Positions 17,867 to 27,079 of a DNA stretch of 45,008 nt are shown in pieces. Source of the stretch: Candidatus Segetimicrobium genomatis (GTDB lineage Bacteria > Sysuimicrobiota > Sysuimicrobiia > Sysuimicrobiales > Kaftiobacteriaceae); NCBI GenBank assembly GCA_005888595.1, contig VBAL01000009.1, forward strand, positions 1-45,008, in the 5' to 3' direction. Position 1 is the stretch's first letter. Every line of letters begins with the position of its first letter. A program made the position numbers and the translations under genes. The notes beneath the pieces were generated by a model. That model did no database searches, had not been told where the DNA came from, and was given only the letters and a program-made list of their open reading frames with translations.

Positions 17867-19039
17867 CTAGTTGGGACGATCCTGGTCACCGTCGGACTTC
17901 GTCAGGTACAGGTGCCCTGAACGGACCAGAGCATTGAGCTGGCCGCGCATGGCGGATGGCAGCCGCATCAGTGCCGTCATGCAGAAGCGCCCCGTCTCGA
18001 GTGGTTGCAGTCTTGTCGGGAAGGCAGGCTCGTCATCAGTCATACTCTCCAGCCTGAACCCCACCTCCTCTAGTCCTCGCGCCACGGTTGCGGAGCTGCA
18101 GTAGAAGTCCACATAAGCGACCCCGAGCTCCCTAGCGGCTTGGAGGGTGGCGCGCGCCAGGGCCGTCTGGGCTGCCGGATTCCCCAAAAACTCCACCACC
18201 CGCATGACTGTTTCCGTCCGGCCACGAACCTGCTCGACCCGAAACACGGTCAGACCTATCACACTACCATCATTGCGACGCATGGCCAGTCGAACCTCGT
18301 AGCGAAGGCGCGGGTGGTGCACGTACCGCCAGCGGACAAACCGAGCATCGCGTGCCGTGCCCACGATCGTCCCGGCGACTTGGTCCTTCCAGTAATGGTC
18401 CCACGCGGTCCCGAGCTCGTCTCGCCACGGCAACACCTCCACTGTGCTTCCGCTCGCCACGGGGCCACCGGGAGGGATCTCTGCTCGGTAGCGTTCGCAG
18501 AAGCGCTCAGCGGCGTCCAGACCGAGCCCTTCGTTGCAGTCCGCGAGCAATCGAGCCGCCAAGGAGACATTCACTACGCCGATCCACCGGGGCACTGCGC
18601 CGACCGTCTCGAACTGTACGGCGCGCAGTAACTTGGTGGCCATTGGGTTCGCGCCGTTCGTCGCGACAACGTCGACCCCCAGCTCCAGTACGGCACGCAG
18701 CAGCCCGTAGGCAACATTGTGACGACGGTACAGTGGGCTCGCGAACCAGTGCGATAGCCACACCGCGGACCCCGCCGTTCCTCCGAGCGTCATCTCACAC
18801 CCTGTCAGACCGAACATCCCCACGATCGTGTCGCCCAGCCAAGCCAGCATGACCGTCGGTGCCGCGACGTGCCAGCCGGGCACCAGACTGCAATCGAATT
18901 GCCAGCGCAGCAGTTGCTCGTCACGACTCAGCACGTGGCCCGCGCGCCACTCTGCGTCAATGAACCGCATCAGGGGTGCGATGTCTTGTTCCCGACACAA
19001 AGCCGTGCGAATGCTCGGCTCGGTCACAGATCCTCCCAC
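17867..19039 (-). CDS. GNAT/FemAB-like fold hypothetical protein
   Basis: LLRWQF, VGMFG, VATNGANPMA, RDARFVRWRY pattern seen in glycan-locus GNAT-like proteins; true start may be GTG19027 (GGAGG upstream). Confidence 0.55.
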   Translation of the reverse strand: MGGSVTEPSIRTALCREQDIAPLMRFIDAEWRAGHVLSRDEQLLRWQFDCSLVPGWHVAAPTVMLAWLGDTIVGMFGLTGCEMTLGGTAGSAVWLSHWFASPLYRRHNVAYGLLRAVLELGVDVVATNGANPMATKLLRAVQFETVGAVPRWIGVVNVSLAARLLADCNEGLGLDAAERFCERYRAEIPPGGPVASGSTVEVLPWRDELGTAWDHYWKDQVAGTIVGTARDARFVRWRYVHHPRLRYEVRLAMRRNDGSVIGLTVFRVEQVRGRTETVMRVVEFLGNPAAQTALARATLQAARELGVAYVDFYCSSATVARGLEEVGFRLESMTDDEPAFPTRLQPLETGRFCMTALMRLPSAMRGQLNALVRSGHLYLTKSDGDQDRPN

Positions 19040-19058
19040 AGGGTCGACGCGCCCCGGC

Positions 19059-20060
19059 TCAGCGCGGCTGCGCTGCCCCAGCTTCCACGGGCTCTCGACC
19101 TCGCTTTGTCCATTCGCTCAGGGGCGCATCGCCCGCACAGGGCAGGTCATTGGTGTCCAAGCGGGCCAGCTCCAATGGACTGGAAAGGTCAGGCACCAGC
19201 CCGACCCTGGTGGTGAGCCCCACCGCGCAGCCAGCCTCCTGAAGCAGGTCCAGCGTGTGCTTCGAATAACTCCCATAGGGATAAGACATGATCCAATTCG
19301 TCGGTCGGCGTCCGATCACGGCCTCGAGGAGAGACATGGTCTGCCGAATGTCCTCACGCTGCTCGGCCGGCGCCAAGGATTCGAGCCAGTCATGCCCGTA
19401 CCCGTGTCCACCAATGGCCATGCCGTACCGAGCCAGGCAACGCAACTGCGCCAAGTCCATGTACAACTCCTCGGCAAAGCTCGGGAGATCGGCGCTCACG
19501 TACCGCTGGAACAGGGCTCGGCAGATGTCCGCTCTAACCCGCGGTGGCAGCACGCGCTGCAGCAGGCGCTTGAGAAACGTCACGTCGGGCGAATCGAACC
19601 GACCCGGGCCAGCACCCATCCGATACAGAGTCAGAGGATCAGGAAGAGCCACGGCTGAGCGATGGGCCTCCACGAGACTCAACACTTCATCAACTAGGCG
19701 ACGGGGATCGTGAACGCTGGCTAACACGAAGTGAATCATGTGCACATCGAGGACGGTGTGCTCCTGAACAGGCCGGACCGCTGGGCAGAATACGGCCGCA
19801 ATCCCCCGCTCTTCGAGACGCGGGAAGACCGTCGTATAATGGTCCTTCAATCCGTCGTCGAAGGTCAGCAGGCAGGCGTTGGGTGGCAGCACCGTGTCAC
19901 CCTGTACCGCTGCGACGACCTCGTCGGGACGGCAGACGGTGTAGTGCTTCGTGAGATAGTCCAGCTGCCCTTCGAACCGATGTGTCGAGAGGCCGCGGAT
20001 CTCTGGAAACCGCGTCCGTGCGAGGTCCCGGACGTAGTGATACATCACGATCGTGAGCAT
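19059..20060 (-). CDS. Polysaccharide deacetylase (NodB/CE4 family)
   Basis: MYHYVR, LTFDDG, GHGYGH, SYPYG motifs; start moved to ATG20060. Confidence 0.88.
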   Translation of the reverse strand: MLTIVMYHYVRDLARTRFPEIRGLSTHRFEGQLDYLTKHYTVCRPDEVVAAVQGDTVLPPNACLLTFDDGLKDHYTTVFPRLEERGIAAVFCPAVRPVQEHTVLDVHMIHFVLASVHDPRRLVDEVLSLVEAHRSAVALPDPLTLYRMGAGPGRFDSPDVTFLKRLLQRVLPPRVRADICRALFQRYVSADLPSFAEELYMDLAQLRCLARYGMAIGGHGYGHDWLESLAPAEQREDIRQTMSLLEAVIGRRPTNWIMSYPYGSYSKHTLDLLQEAGCAVGLTTRVGLVPDLSSPLELARLDTNDLPCAGDAPLSEWTKRGREPVEAGAAQPR

Positions 20061-20082
20061 CAGATCTGGAGCTCCACGATCG

Positions 20083-20616
20083 TCAAAGGCCCACGAGTGT
20101 GTCGTCGCTTGCGCACTTAGCACTCCCCGAGAGGGGGAGGGCGGCCAACGCCTCCCGCAGCGCTGCCACCAGCGAAGCGAGCAGCACTGGACAGTCGGTA
20201 CCGACGGCGATTGCGCAGGCTACCCGAGGAGTATGTTCCCAACACACGACGACGTCTGATAGGTGCATCTGCTCGGCCCGCGCGGCAGCGCCGCGCCACA
20301 ACGCCACTGCGGGTCGTTCCTCTCCCGGCGTCCAGCGAATCTCAATGTCCCTACCGCTCACCGCGGCTGCGCCGCTCAGATCGAGGCCAGTGCCTAGGGC
20401 CTTGGCCACCGCCTCCTTCGCCGTGTAATAGAGGGCGAGCAGGAGAGGGTTGCCGCTCGTACTCGCGCGCTCCCCAGAGGTGTAGACTCGGTCAAAGAAA
20501 GCGCGACCACCTGGCTTCATGACCAGATTGAATCGCTCGATGGACTCTAGATCGATTCCCAGGCACCTTACCGGTGCATCGGGCCCTGCCAGCGCAAGCG
20601 AGCGCGCGGCGGTCAC
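20083..20616 (-). CDS. AcpS-like phosphopantetheinyl transferase
   Basis: LGIDLESIERF and YTAKEAVAKALGTG; GTG20616 lies 1 nt after the ACP stop. Confidence 0.82.
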   Translation of the reverse strand: MTAARSLALAGPDAPVRCLGIDLESIERFNLVMKPGGRAFFDRVYTSGERASTSGNPLLLALYYTAKEAVAKALGTGLDLSGAAAVSGRDIEIRWTPGEERPAVALWRGAAARAEQMHLSDVVVCWEHTPRVACAIAVGTDCPVLLASLVAALREALAALPLSGSAKCASDDTLVGL

Positions 20617-20617
20617 G

Positions 20618-20869
20618 TCACCGGCCTGGCGACCGCAGACCAACCCTCTGATCAACGAGGGCGAGCACTTCAGTCACCGATGTGCAGCGGGTGAGCTCGT
20701 CGGGTGCAACGGTTAGGGCGAACTGCTCGTCGATCAGCGCCATCGTCGCCAGGACCGCCACTGAGTCCCAGCGCTCCGCCAAAGAAAGACCTGACTGGAG
20801 CGTGGTCGCGTCCACCTCAAATACGTCTGCCAATTTCGCGAGAAAACTCGTGCTAATGTCAGCATCCAT
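20618..20869 (-). CDS. Acyl carrier protein
   Basis: Small acidic protein with RWDSVA attachment site. Confidence 0.85.
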   Translation of the reverse strand: MDADISTSFLAKLADVFEVDATTLQSGLSLAERWDSVAVLATMALIDEQFALTVAPDELTRCTSVTEVLALVDQRVGLRSPGR

Positions 20870-20881
20870 GAGCGACCCCAA

Positions 20882-21913
20882 CTAGAAAGAGACTCGGATC
20901 ATACCCGCCGCCCAGGAGTAGCCGACGCCGAAGCCTACCAGCATGACCCGGTGTCCGCTGGTGATCCTCCCACCGCGCCTCGCCCTCTCTAACGCCAGCG
21001 GAATCGTCGAGGAAACAGTGTTGCCGCAGTCCTCTAGATCAATACAAAACTTTTCGGGAGCGATCTTTAGCTTGTTACGGAGACGCTCGAGCATAAACCG
21101 GTTCGCCTGATGAAACACGAAGTAATCCACTCCGTGCGGTCCGCCGTTGGACTTCGACAGTAGCTGCTCGACTGCGAGGGGGACCGTGCTCAGCGTAAAG
21201 TTGAAAATCTCCGGCCCGTTCATGAAGAGATTTTGCTCCGACCGCCAGTTGCCCCCTTCCGCCTCCCTGGCGACCGCCGTCTCTGGGCTGGGCTGCCGTC
21301 GCAGCCCCCCGACCGGAACGATCAGCTGGCACGCTCCCCTGCCATCGGTGCCCAGGACGAAGGGTCCGATTAGCTCCTCGTTCGCGTGACTGCGCACGAC
21401 GAGGGTCGCCGCTGCACCGTCTCCGAAGATCGCACGGACGCTGCGGTCTCGCGGATGTAGAAACTTGGTGTAGGTATCCGCGGTCACGAGCAGCACGCAC
21501 GACGCGGTACCGGCTTCCACGAGGCTCTTGGCGAGCGCCAGCCCGTAGACGAACCCGGAGCACCCCTGGTTGATGTCCACGGCGCCGCAGCTCGTCCGCA
21601 ATCCGAGCCGAGTTTGCATCGTGCACGCAGTAGCCGGCAGGAAGTAGTCTGGGGTCTGCGTGCAGAAGATGAGAAAGTCAACCGCGCTCGGGGCGCACAC
21701 TCCGCTCTCGAAGAGCCGCTGGGCGGCTGCCACACCCAGGTCCGACGCGCACTCCCCTTCGGCGGAGACCCGCCTGCTGCGGATCCCCGTCTTATCAAAA
21801 ATCTTCTCGGGCGTCCAGTCGCTCAGCTCCCTCGCGAGATCTTCGTTCGTCAACTCGCCGACCGGCAAGTGAGTAGCGATGGCAGCGATGGCCGCCGTCA
21901 GACGTTCACCCAT
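20882..21913 (-). CDS. 3-oxoacyl-ACP synthase III (FabH-like)
   Basis: Cys-His-Asn triad: NQGCSGF, FHQAN, GNTVSS; GFGVG; GAGGAG RBS. Confidence 0.92.
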   Translation of the reverse strand: MGERLTAAIAAIATHLPVGELTNEDLARELSDWTPEKIFDKTGIRSRRVSAEGECASDLGVAAAQRLFESGVCAPSAVDFLIFCTQTPDYFLPATACTMQTRLGLRTSCGAVDINQGCSGFVYGLALAKSLVEAGTASCVLLVTADTYTKFLHPRDRSVRAIFGDGAAATLVVRSHANEELIGPFVLGTDGRGACQLIVPVGGLRRQPSPETAVAREAEGGNWRSEQNLFMNGPEIFNFTLSTVPLAVEQLLSKSNGGPHGVDYFVFHQANRFMLERLRNKLKIAPEKFCIDLEDCGNTVSSTIPLALERARRGGRITSGHRVMLVGFGVGYSWAAGMIRVSF

Positions 21914-22040
21914 CCCCGTGCGTACTCCTCTGTCGCCCCCAATTCCCGTTAGCTGGGCAGGCAGACCATCCCCACCGGTTCCCTTGACCCATTCTCACCC
22001 CGCTCCTGGCACGCCGAACGGGCGCCCCTGAGAGAGCGTG

Positions 22041-22056
22041 GCAAGAGACGTACCGA
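22041..22056 (-). promoter_or_regulatory. Weaker sigma54 candidate for the FabH cassette
   Basis: TCGGTACGTCTCTTGC on the minus strand, GG-N10-GC spacing, ~128 nt above ATG21913. Confidence 0.35.
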
Positions 22057-22299
22057 TTTGCTGACTGGCCGATGGCTTTATCTGATCTGTGGGATAGGCC
22101 GCTAGCGGGCAGGGCGTTCCGAACCCACCCGATGGCGCGGGAGCCTACAGATGCGCGGACGCCACAGGTCCGTGGGCCGGGACGCGACAAATCTCGTCGC
22201 GCTGCCCTCATGTCATGCGGCGGCAGCATCCGCCTGTTGCCGTTCTGCCACGCTCCCGAGTGGCGTCCTCCCAATACCTCCGCGTTCGGAGCAGCCGCA

Positions 22300-22525
22300 C
22301 CGGGTGCGGCGTGAAGCCGGCTCCCTCGGCCTAGCGGTCGCCGTGCTGCAGGGGCCCACTTCGCCGCGTGCGTGGTGGCGGCTCACGGTGGGCGGAGCCG
22401 TAGCCCTCACCTTGTCTCAGCCTGCGATTTTTGTGCTCGCTGGGGTCGGTGCTGCCCTTCTCGCGCACGGCGCCGTCCGCCGGACCCGGGACGGGGTCCG
22501 CCACTGGGCAGGCTTAGCTCTCTAG
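22300..22525 (+). pseudogene. Possible fragment of a GT39/ArnT-like membrane glycosyltransferase
   Basis: Hydrophobic frame AWWRLTVGGAVALTLSQPAIFVLAGVGAALL with no usable start; VKP in an adjacent frame just upstream; family recognition by memory only. Confidence 0.3.
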
Positions 22526-22639
22526 CACCACAACCGCCGCCGCGACGTCGAGCTTGTGGGACAGGGTCACGGTCTCCATTAACACGCTTGGGTTTTGCCT
22601 GTTTGCGTTCCGATCGGCTGCAGGCACGGGCGATCCCAT
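22514..22639 (-). pseudogene. Possible C-terminal remnant of an AcpS
   Basis: GSP...VTLSHKLDVAAAVVVLES-stop parallels the end of the intact acpS at 8578 (GSP...VSLSHQPGLAAAVVILEG-stop); not in the ORF track. Confidence 0.45.
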
Positions 22640-23147
22640 GGGCGGTCAGGAGCACTGCTGTGAAGACGTGCGTCGCCGATGTGGCAAAACGTCCATCAAC
22701 CTGCACGCGGTCCGGGTGGGGGAAGGGTGCCTCCGCAAGAAAACGAATGGCGAATCGGCCGTCGGCGGGTTGGAACGTGATCTCCAGGTCGTGGAAACCG
22801 AATGTTCTCTTGCACCAGGGCGCGAGGCACTTGTACGCCGCTTCCTTTGCGCTGAAGATCAGCTTTGGCCAATCAGTGGAGTCGGGTGGCGCGACCTCGC
22901 GACTCCACTCCCGCTCTTGCGCCGAGCAAATCAGCTTGACCACCTCTGGGCCGAGCGGGTGCGCCCGCTCGACATCGACGCCAATCCCCCAGATTACCCC
23001 CGCGCGGGCACCGCGGCACCGACGAACCCGTCGCAGTGTGTAAAACCGGCGCAAGCACAGCTCTTCGTCCGGCGGCAGCGGCGGCGGGTCTGCGTCCCCT
23101 GCTGCCGTCACGGTGTGCACGCTCTCGGGAAACAGCGAACCGATCAC
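22640..23147 (-). pseudogene. Damaged EntD/Sfp-type phosphopantetheinyl transferase
   Basis: GIGVDVE and LIFSAKEAAYK intact; N-terminal domain largely missing; THCDGFVGAAV motif lies out of frame at 23009-23041; frame runs on to 22407 without a natural stop. Confidence 0.7.
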
Positions 23148-23211
23148 TTTGACGATTTCGAGGTCGGAGTGCCTACGTGCCGGCGGTTCGACGGGGACAG
23201 CGCAAAGGCCA

Positions 23212-23608
23212 AGTGAGGGCCGGGTAGGTCGTGAGCCGCTCGCGGATCAGCGGCTTGTCTTGGTCGAGCTTCGTGGCGACCGTTGACCGGGGGCCCGTAG
23301 TGGATGCCGACGGGGTCGCGGTCGAGCCGCCCGGCGGCCATCCAGCGCTGGATCGTGCGGCGGTCGCACCCCCCTGCTCGGCGATCGCCGTGATCGAGAG
23401 GCTCTGCTCGAGATAATGTCTGAGAAGCACACGCTGCTCCCATCCGTACATCGCGCCTCCGCCGCCTCGGGGGAGGCACAACCTGGAGGATGGGTCGCGC
23501 CGCAGCTACCGCGGGAACAACGATGCCGCCGCCCTCAGGAGCGACCCAGGATCGAGGGGGCGACATTTTCCCCCGCCGATTCTGGGACATTTGCATCCGC
23601 CGCTAACA
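23212..23608 (-). mobile_element. istA: IS21-family remnant: left end plus frameshifted istA 5' fragment
   Basis: End sequence TGTTAGCGGCGGATGCAAATGTCCC...GAAAATGTCGC starting at 23608; GGAGG then ATG23451 MYGWEQRVLLRHYLEQSLSITAIAEQ / CDRRTIQRW / TKLDQDKPLIRERL across frameshifts. Confidence 0.8.
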
Positions 23609-23738
23609 CCTAGCGGCCCGTCTCCAGCCCTTGCTAGGCCGGACAAGTGACCGGTGCCACAAAAAGGACCCATCGCACAATCCACAAGCGCCCGGCTGTT
23701 GGAGGACCACAAGTTCATCCACCGCTCCATCAATGGGG

Positions 23739-24599
23739 TCAGCTAGGCGCAGCGCCGCTTCCGTCTCGGGGACGCTCCGCCCTTCGAAGGACACGCAATA
23801 ACCGAGTACGAATGCGCTCCGCTAGCACTCTCCACGAGCGCCTGAGCCTAGAACGCAGCACGGTTAAACCGCGGCCGCACGCGTACCACAGCACCAGTGG
23901 CACGGTTGACGCGAACCACCGAAGCCCAATTCTTCTGGGAGCCGCCACTGCCAGGTACTTCCTCGGATGGACGATCGAAAGCGGTCCGATGCAGGTAGCG
24001 TCAAGTTGCCGTTTGAGGAACCCATGGTTCTCCAGAGACTCCCGACGAACGTACAGCAGGACGTTCTGCGAATACCACCACTCTACGTTGGGGTTCTTCC
24101 ATATCGAGCTCCTGATGCAATCAACCACTACATAGCCCCTCTTTTCGAACAAGCTCGCCCAATAGTCTGGCCACTGCTCGTTTACATGTCGATCGCCACC
24201 CTGAAACGGTATGGCGGCCGAAAAGACGACTACAGGTCCGAGGCCTGTTAGCGAGCTGACAAAGACTGCCGCGCAGGCTTCGGGAAGGTGTTCGGCGACC
24301 TCGAGCGCGAGAACCAGATCAAACTGCCTATCCATGCGCAAAGGCTGGGTCAGGTCGGATACAATGAAGCGGTCGTGTGGAATTTCAAGGAGCTTCCGAT
24401 CCACCCAGGGCCCGTCCACCCCCCACACCTGCTCGACACCTAACTCCCTGAACACCGACAGCCAAGTTCCGACTCCGCACCCAACATCGATAACAGAGCG
24501 TGGTGCGACCCAGTCCAGAAGCAGCGGAACGACTTCTATGGCAGACTGACGAGAGCCTTGTCGTATACTAGTGTAGAATCTCCTCGAGTAGCGCGTCAT
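23739..24599 (-). CDS. Class I SAM-dependent methyltransferase
   Basis: VIDVGCGVGTWL, FDLVLALEVAEHL, HVNEQ. Confidence 0.88.
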   Translation of the reverse strand: MTRYSRRFYTSIRQGSRQSAIEVVPLLLDWVAPRSVIDVGCGVGTWLSVFRELGVEQVWGVDGPWVDRKLLEIPHDRFIVSDLTQPLRMDRQFDLVLALEVAEHLPEACAAVFVSSLTGLGPVVVFSAAIPFQGGDRHVNEQWPDYWASLFEKRGYVVVDCIRSSIWKNPNVEWWYSQNVLLYVRRESLENHGFLKRQLDATCIGPLSIVHPRKYLAVAAPRRIGLRWFASTVPLVLWYACGRGLTVLRSRLRRSWRVLAERIRTRLLRVLRRAERPRDGSGAAPS

Positions 24600-24781
24600 A
24601 GGCCTCTACCGCATCGTCCTCTCGCCCTCACTAGAGCGCCTTGGCGAACTCCGACTCGACCGCGCGCGGTGTTCGACCTGAACTCATGGTGACAAGCGCG
24701 GCCGGCGCCTGCTGATCCTCTGCTCATTGACACCTTACTTCGCCAGACTCGCTGCGCATCTAAAGTATGTCTCCGTCGCCG

Positions 24782-25735
24782 TTACTGGACAGGATTGGGG
24801 TCTGCCGCACGCATCTCCTCCTCTAGCACGGCCTGGCGTCGGACAACGTCTCCCACTCCGCTCAGCGGTGGGGCAAGCCTGGCGTCTCCAGCTTCCTCGA
24901 GGAGGCTCTGCTCGACTCGCCCAGCCAGAGCTCTCAAGGTGGGGGCGGTGAGAGTGTCTTCCAGCGGCAGCTCGATCTGGAAAGCACTGCGGATGCCGAA
25001 GGCCACCTGGATCGACGACAGAGTGTTTCCACCCAGATCGAGGAAGCTGTCCTCGATCCCCACGTGGTCGACCCGCAAGACACGCCTCCAGATCTCCACC
25101 AGCGTCGCTCCAATGGGCGTGCGCGGGGCCGCCACGGGCCCTGTGCGATCGGAGCGCACGTGGTCCGGACTCGGCAGGGCATGACGGTCCACCTTGCCAT
25201 TGGCCGTACGGGGGAGCACGTCAAGAACCACGAAACTGGTGGGGACCATCGCGGCGGGCAGACTCCGTGCGAGAAAGTCCCGCAAGGTACTCGACGTCGG
25301 GGTCGGTCCCCAGTTCCCGCCCACATAGGCGATCAAGCGCAAGTCGCCTGGCGTTTCCTCACCGTGCCACCACCACCGCTTCCCGCACGGCGGCGTGGTT
25401 CGCGAGCGCGTGCTCGATTTCTCCCGGCTCCATGCGATGCTCGCGGATCTTGACCTGGTGATCGATGCGACCAAGGAACTCCACGGTGCCATCGGCCCGA
25501 TATCGCGGCAAGTCGCCGGTCGGATACAGGCGTGCGTCGAGATCGGTCGATAGATGTTCAGGATGTCGGCCGCGGGCGCCTCCTGTAACGCTGCCACGAC
25601 ATCTGCTGTCAGCGCCTCACCTCCGACGAGCACGGTGCGCAGGGTGCTCAGGGCGTCCCGGGTCGGCGCCTCCGCGAGCAGCAGTCGGGCCTGGGAGGGC
25701 GTGCATTGGATGTGGGTCCACCCGGTGTTGACGGA
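24782..25735 (-). pseudogene. Decayed NRPS A-domain C-terminal half + PCP
   Basis: [46 protein letters not shown] and LGGNTL spread over shifted frames, with an internal deletion and an in-frame TGA at 25359-25361. Confidence 0.85.
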
Positions 25736-26888
25736 TCCGCTCGGGAATGCTCGGGGCGTCGGGCTGCGCGGCATTGACGCGCTGCTTCAGTCGGTTCAGG
25801 TGGGGCAAGTGCCCTAGCACGATCTCCGGGTCGACGCCGAAGTCGATCAGACACGCTAGCTCATCCACATCGATTGCCTTGAGCCGTTCGAGCATCCGGA
25901 GGCACGTGTCCGCGCCGCCGAACAGGCCGCTGGTCTCAAAGTAGCGCTCGAACGCGAAGGCGAGCAGCGCCTCCATGTGCTCCCGGCTCAAGTTCTGGAA
26001 TTCATCCCCCGACACCGGCGTCGCATCAGACCCCTTCCGGCGCCGCTCCGCCCACGCCCCGGCGAAGTTCTTGATGAGGCTGACCGAGCTCCGTAGGTAC
26101 TCGATCATCGGCTGCCTCACGATCTCACGCACGCTGTCGTCGTCTTCTCCGACAAACGTGTGCAGCATCAGTGTGACCTGTCCGCGTCCAGGGTGTCCGT
26201 GCTGCTCCCAGCTCCGCCGATACGCCGCGATTCGGTCACGAAGCTCCTCGACTGTCTGCCCGAGGAGGTGCGTGAGCAGATTCGCGCCAATGCGGCCAGC
26301 CGCTTCGTACGTCTCGGTGCTTCCGGCGCTCGTCACCCAGACCGGGAGCTCGGGCTGCACTGGCCGGGGCAGGGTACGGACGACCACTGGCGCTCCCGTG
26401 ACGCCCGGAAAGCTGAGGGTCTCCCCGCGCCACAGCTTGCGCACGGTCTCGATGTGCCGATACATGAGCTCTTTGCGCTCGGCATAGTTACCGGGCGCCA
26501 GCACGAAGTCCTCGGGCTGCCATCCCGAGGCGAAGGATATCCCCACCCGCCCGTTGGAGAGGTTATCGACAACTGCCCATTCTTCCGTCACCCGGACGGG
26601 ATGATGGAGCGGCAGCACAACACTCCCAGCTCGGATCTGAATCCGCTCGGTGATCGCAGCGATGGCTGCCGCGCTGACCGACGGGTTGGGATACAGACCA
26701 CCGAAGCTGTGGAAATGGCGCTCGGGCGTCCACACGGCGGCGAAGCCGTGACGGTCCGCGAACCGCGCGCCGTCCAATAACAAGCGGTACTGGTCCGCAC
26801 GCTGTTCACTCCCGCCGCTGGCGAAGTAGAACAGGCTGAAATGCATGGGGGAAAGCGGATAGCGGTCGACGAGCGAAGAGGCTGTCAT
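25617..26888 (-). CDS. MupA/Atu3671-type luciferase-like monooxygenase domain (N-terminal part of the NRPS relic)
   Basis: FSLFYFAS, AVWTPERHFHSFGGLYPNPSV, RAGSVVLPLHHP, EEWAVVDNLSNGRVG, VDELACLIDFG; frame continuous through the domain. Confidence 0.88.
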   Translation of the reverse strand: MTASSLVDRYPLSPMHFSLFYFASGGSEQRADQYRLLLDGARFADRHGFAAVWTPERHFHSFGGLYPNPSVSAAAIAAITERIQIRAGSVVLPLHHPVRVTEEWAVVDNLSNGRVGISFASGWQPEDFVLAPGNYAERKELMYRHIETVRKLWRGETLSFPGVTGAPVVVRTLPRPVQPELPVWVTSAGSTETYEAAGRIGANLLTHLLGQTVEELRDRIAAYRRSWEQHGHPGRGQVTLMLHTFVGEDDDSVREIVRQPMIEYLRSSVSLIKNFAGAWAERRRKGSDATPVSGDEFQNLSREHMEALLAFAFERYFETSGLFGGADTCLRMLERLKAIDVDELACLIDFGVDPEIVLGHLPHLNRLKQRVNAAQPDAPSIPERIRQHRVDPHPMHALPGPTAARGGADPGRPEHPAHRARRR

Positions 26889-26920
26889 GTGGCAACCCGG
26901 TGTTGGTGTCTAACCCGGCA

Positions 26921-26936
26921 GCAAGTACCTTGCCCG
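26921..26936 (-). promoter_or_regulatory. Candidate sigma54 promoter
   Basis: CGGGCAAGGTACTTGC on the minus strand = GGCA-N6-TTGC, 33 nt above ATG26888. Confidence 0.45.
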
Positions 26937-27079
26937 GCTGCGCCGTGTGGCGCCGCAACGACTTGAGTGAGTTCACATTAGTCCCGATCGGTCTGCCGAT
27001 TGCGACTGTTGCGTGCGCGCAGCGTGTGGTGGCGGGGGACGACAATTGCGCGATGCTGTCGATCGGCTCGCATCGTCGA

